From Chiloscyllium plagiosum (Eukaryota), in NCBI RefSeq assembly GCF_004010195.1, contig NC_057719.1, forward strand, positions 5,948,376 to 6,012,375: DNA of 64,000 nucleotides, written 5' to 3'. The notes beneath the pieces were generated by a model. The model was not told the DNA's origin. It saw nothing but the letters and a program-made list of their open reading frames with translations, and searched no databases. A program made the position numbers and the translations under genes. Below, in pieces: positions 61,040 through 64,000 of this stretch (its first letter is position 1; each line of letters begins with the position of its first letter).

Positions 61040-62430
61040 AAAAGTACAGTACAATCACTGTGACCAGTATTGTGAACAGTACTCTAGATGTTGTTTCACT
61101 AGTGCCTTGCATATCTGAAGCATAACCTCACTACTTTTGTATTCAGCTCTGCACTCGATAGCTTTCTATTAGCTTTCCTAATTGCTTGTTATACCTGCAT
61201 AGCTAATCTTCGTGATTTGTACACTGGAACACACAGATCTCTCTACATCTCAGAGTTTCTCAATCTCTCACCATCCTGCCAATGTGGGCAAGTTCACCCG
61301 TTACCATATTATACTCCATTTGACAGATCTTTGCACACTCACTTAACCCATCTATATCCCACTGCAGATGTCCTCTTCACAACTTCCTTTCATAACTAGC
61401 TGCGTCCATGTGCAAATTTTAGCTACCATACCTCGAATCCCTTCAAGTCATTTATATAAATTGAAAACAGTTGAGATCCCAGAAACAAAATTGTGGTATA
61501 CCGCTCAAGACAAATACTGACAGTTACGCCTACCCTCTGCTTCCTGTTAACCAGCCAATCCTTTCTCCATACTAAACCTCACGCAATGAGCTTTTGTTTT
61601 CTGTAATAACCTTTACTGGCATTTTATCAATTTTTTCCTGGAAATCTACATACAGTACATCACAGCACATGTTACCTGCTCCGAGAATTCCAGTATTTCT
61701 GTCATAAACATGATTTCTGTTTCGCAAAAGCATGTTCTTCCTGATTATCTTGAACTTATTTTCCTTACAACAGATATTAAGCTAATTAGCCCTTGAACTC
61801 TGCTTTCTGTCTTCCTTTTTGAATGAAGAATTTGCACTTGGCTATCTTCCGATCTAATGGACCTTCCCTAAATCAAGGGGATTTTGAAAAATTACATCAT
61901 AGTATCAACTAACTCACAAGACATTTCTTTTACGACCCTGGAATGAAGTCCATCAGAACCTGGGCACTTTTGTTTAGATTAGATTCCCTACAGTATGGAA
62001 ACAGGCCATTTGGTCCAACAAGTTCACACCAACCCTCCAAAGAGTAGCCCACCCAGACCCATTCCCCTACCCTATATTTACCCCTGACTGATGCACCTAA
62101 CATTATGGGCAATTTAGCATGGCCAATGCACCTAACCTGCACATCTTTGGATTGTGGGAGGAAACAGGAGCATCCAGAGGAAACCCACACAGACACGGAG
62201 AGAATGTGCAAACTCCACGCAGACTCCACACTCACCCAAGAAGAGAATTGAAACCGGGTCCCTGGTGCTGTTAGGCAGCAGTACTAACCACTGGGTCACC
62301 GTGCCACCCTCGTTAATCTTATTAATCTACAATTTCAAGAGTTTACTAAATACCACTTCTCTGATAACTGATTTTCTTGATTTAATCCATTTCTTGTTGT
62401 ATTCCATTTCCTGATTTATCAATGCTTCTG
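61040..62430 (-). mobile_element. Old CR1 LINE remnant interrupted by an HE1 SINE
   Basis: Degenerate similarity to the other CR1 RT regions in the window (DVLYVDFQ.., KFA.G.. remnants). Confidence 0.7.
61974..62310 (-). mobile_element. HE1-type V-SINE, full length
   Basis: A/B boxes, V-domain with a small internal duplication (actccac x2), (CTAAT)n tail. Confidence 0.92.
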
Positions 62431-63529
62431 GGATGACAATATAAGTTAATGTGTTCTCTCTTGTCTGTCAGCTAGGAATTTGGTACTGCCAACATCTGCC
62501 TTTTAAGTCCCTGTAAGATTTTTTAACCTAGTTACGCAGTTATTAAATCTGATGTCTTGTAACCACCACACATTGCCACCGTTTGATCCTCCCAACCTCC
62601 GTGAGTTTACAGTGAATCAGTATCCTGTAAACATACCCATGTTGTAGTGTTCCCAGATATGGTTTTTGAGAAAAAAGCCAACATCTGGAAATTTCTGTTC
62701 ATTCAGAAAGCAGGGCTGAATCAATCAACTTTCATGTGGTTATTGAGCACGCTTTGTCTTTATCTGAGGAAAAAAAAGTCCCATTTCTTTGATTTGAAAC
62801 TCTGTCGAAGAGTTGACTTGCCTTTTGTAGAAAAGCAATGTAAGTGATGAATGTAAGAACGTCAGACACATTGAGCCTGTGGGGCAGGGAAATTGGTGCT
62901 TGCTTTAAGGAAACTCCATAATGATTTCTGAGTTTTGTTCAGCTCAGAGCTGAATGCAATTTAATCAGCATTTTTATCCACTCTCTTGTGGATATTTTTC
63001 CATTCAGTACCAGGCCCCTTCTAGAGAAATTAAATTTTGTTATCAGCTACCATTTTTGCCTGAAGCATATATAAGAAATGAGCACTTACTTGTCGGTCTC
63101 TCCAGATTCAGTGTGTGATTTTGTCCTGGACAATTTAATAACTCATTAATGACACTACAAATGAGAATATTCCTCATTGACCATTTCGTTGCTTCCACTA
63201 TTAGGAAGATTGTGGATTAGTCTGAAACCCTGCACTGAGCAAGAGGGAGAAGGGATGGTTACACAGGCTCTCTGAAGTTTTAAGGAATGAGGGATTGAAT
63301 TTCAGTGTACTATGATGGGTAAGTATACCTGAAGCAAGTGAAAGATCACTAAAATGAAACTTAACACAGATTATAACTGGAGCAAATGAGTACACTAGCT
63401 AATAGAGGGAAGTATTTTGAACTTATTAAAATTAAAGCAAGGTGTTTGTAGATGAACTATACCTATATAGTTAAGTCATCGGCAACATTTTAATTGCACT
63501 GCATTTCAAACAGAGGTTAGAAAGCATAA

Positions 63530-64000
63530 CAATCACTTGCATTTATATTGTGCCTTTAATATAGTAGACCAGCCCATATTCACAAGAGCATTATCAAAGA
63601 AAGAGACCCCAAAGCCACAAGGAGATATTGGGGATAGGTAACTGAAAGCTGGGAGAAAGAGGAATGTTTAAGCACATTCTTAAAGGAAGGAAGTGAGGTA
63701 GAATGGTGGAGAAGTTAGGTAGGGAATTGGAAAAGTTAGGGAGGGAATTGTGAAGCTTAGAGCCTTGGAAACTGGAGACCTGGAGAACAGTGGTGGAGAG
63801 CTGCAAGTCAGGGATACACAAGTGACGGAGATGACGGTTAGTGGAGAAGAGATCTCAGTGTAGATTTGTGCTTTTTCTGGATAAAGCTCATAATACAGAT
63901 GTAACTTGGCTTGAATGACATATTTGGAATTGGGCTGAATAGCAGTCCCGCTGTCCTTTTTTTAAATTGGGGAAATCCAGAAGACCAGAGTGCAGAGCAC
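63530..64000 (-). mobile_element. L2-like LINE 3' fragment
   Basis: acttgcatttatat.g.gcctttaa..tagta tail motif, also seen at ~5730-5995 (+) and ~40010-40250; purine-rich plus strand. Confidence 0.6.

Noticed and set aside
55162..64000. Terminal TTC7B exon (expected ALILHQLGRYSLAEK-like)
   Set aside because: No matching translation was found; it presumably lies downstream of the window.
1..64000. CRISPR arrays, operons, rRNA or other prokaryote-type systems
   Set aside because: The sequence is spliced vertebrate DNA; no regularly spaced repeat-spacer array or dense coding structure is present.

Overview
Eukaryotic, repeat-rich vertebrate DNA, almost certainly from a shark or other elasmobranch. 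It carries HE1-type V-SINEs, HER1/CR1 LINE tails and shark-type Penelope-like elements; the species cannot be fixed from sequence alone. The whole window lies inside one + strand gene, TTC7B (TPR scaffold of the PI4KA complex). Three consecutive coding exons are present (1626-1723, 38887-39027, 54959-55161), separated by introns of 37.2 kb and 15.9 kb, and the terminal exon lies beyond 64000. The introns are filled with decayed retroelements: CR1/HER1, Rex1/Babar, RTE, L2, DeuSINE, many Penelope-like copies and a 5'-truncated Gmr1-type Gypsy element with PR-IN-RT-RH order. Two Tc1/mariner-type MITEs and an assembly gap (44170-44443) are also present. The most interesting signals are: (1) a cluster of candidate alternative exons in the first intron, including a 7-nt + 23-nt micro-exon pair that restores frame only together (adding VSKIQISINR), a 15-nt in-frame micro-exon (AVFGT) and a poison exon with stops in all three frames; (2) hammerhead-ribozyme motifs and long TSD-flanked hairpins derived from Penelope-like elements; (3) a twin-priming-type inverted CR1 insertion; (4) an inverted copy of flanking DNA inserted in a Rex1 RT. 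Nearly all ORF-track entries are spurious or TE-derived. All family assignments are by eye and from recalled consensus motifs; no database search was run.
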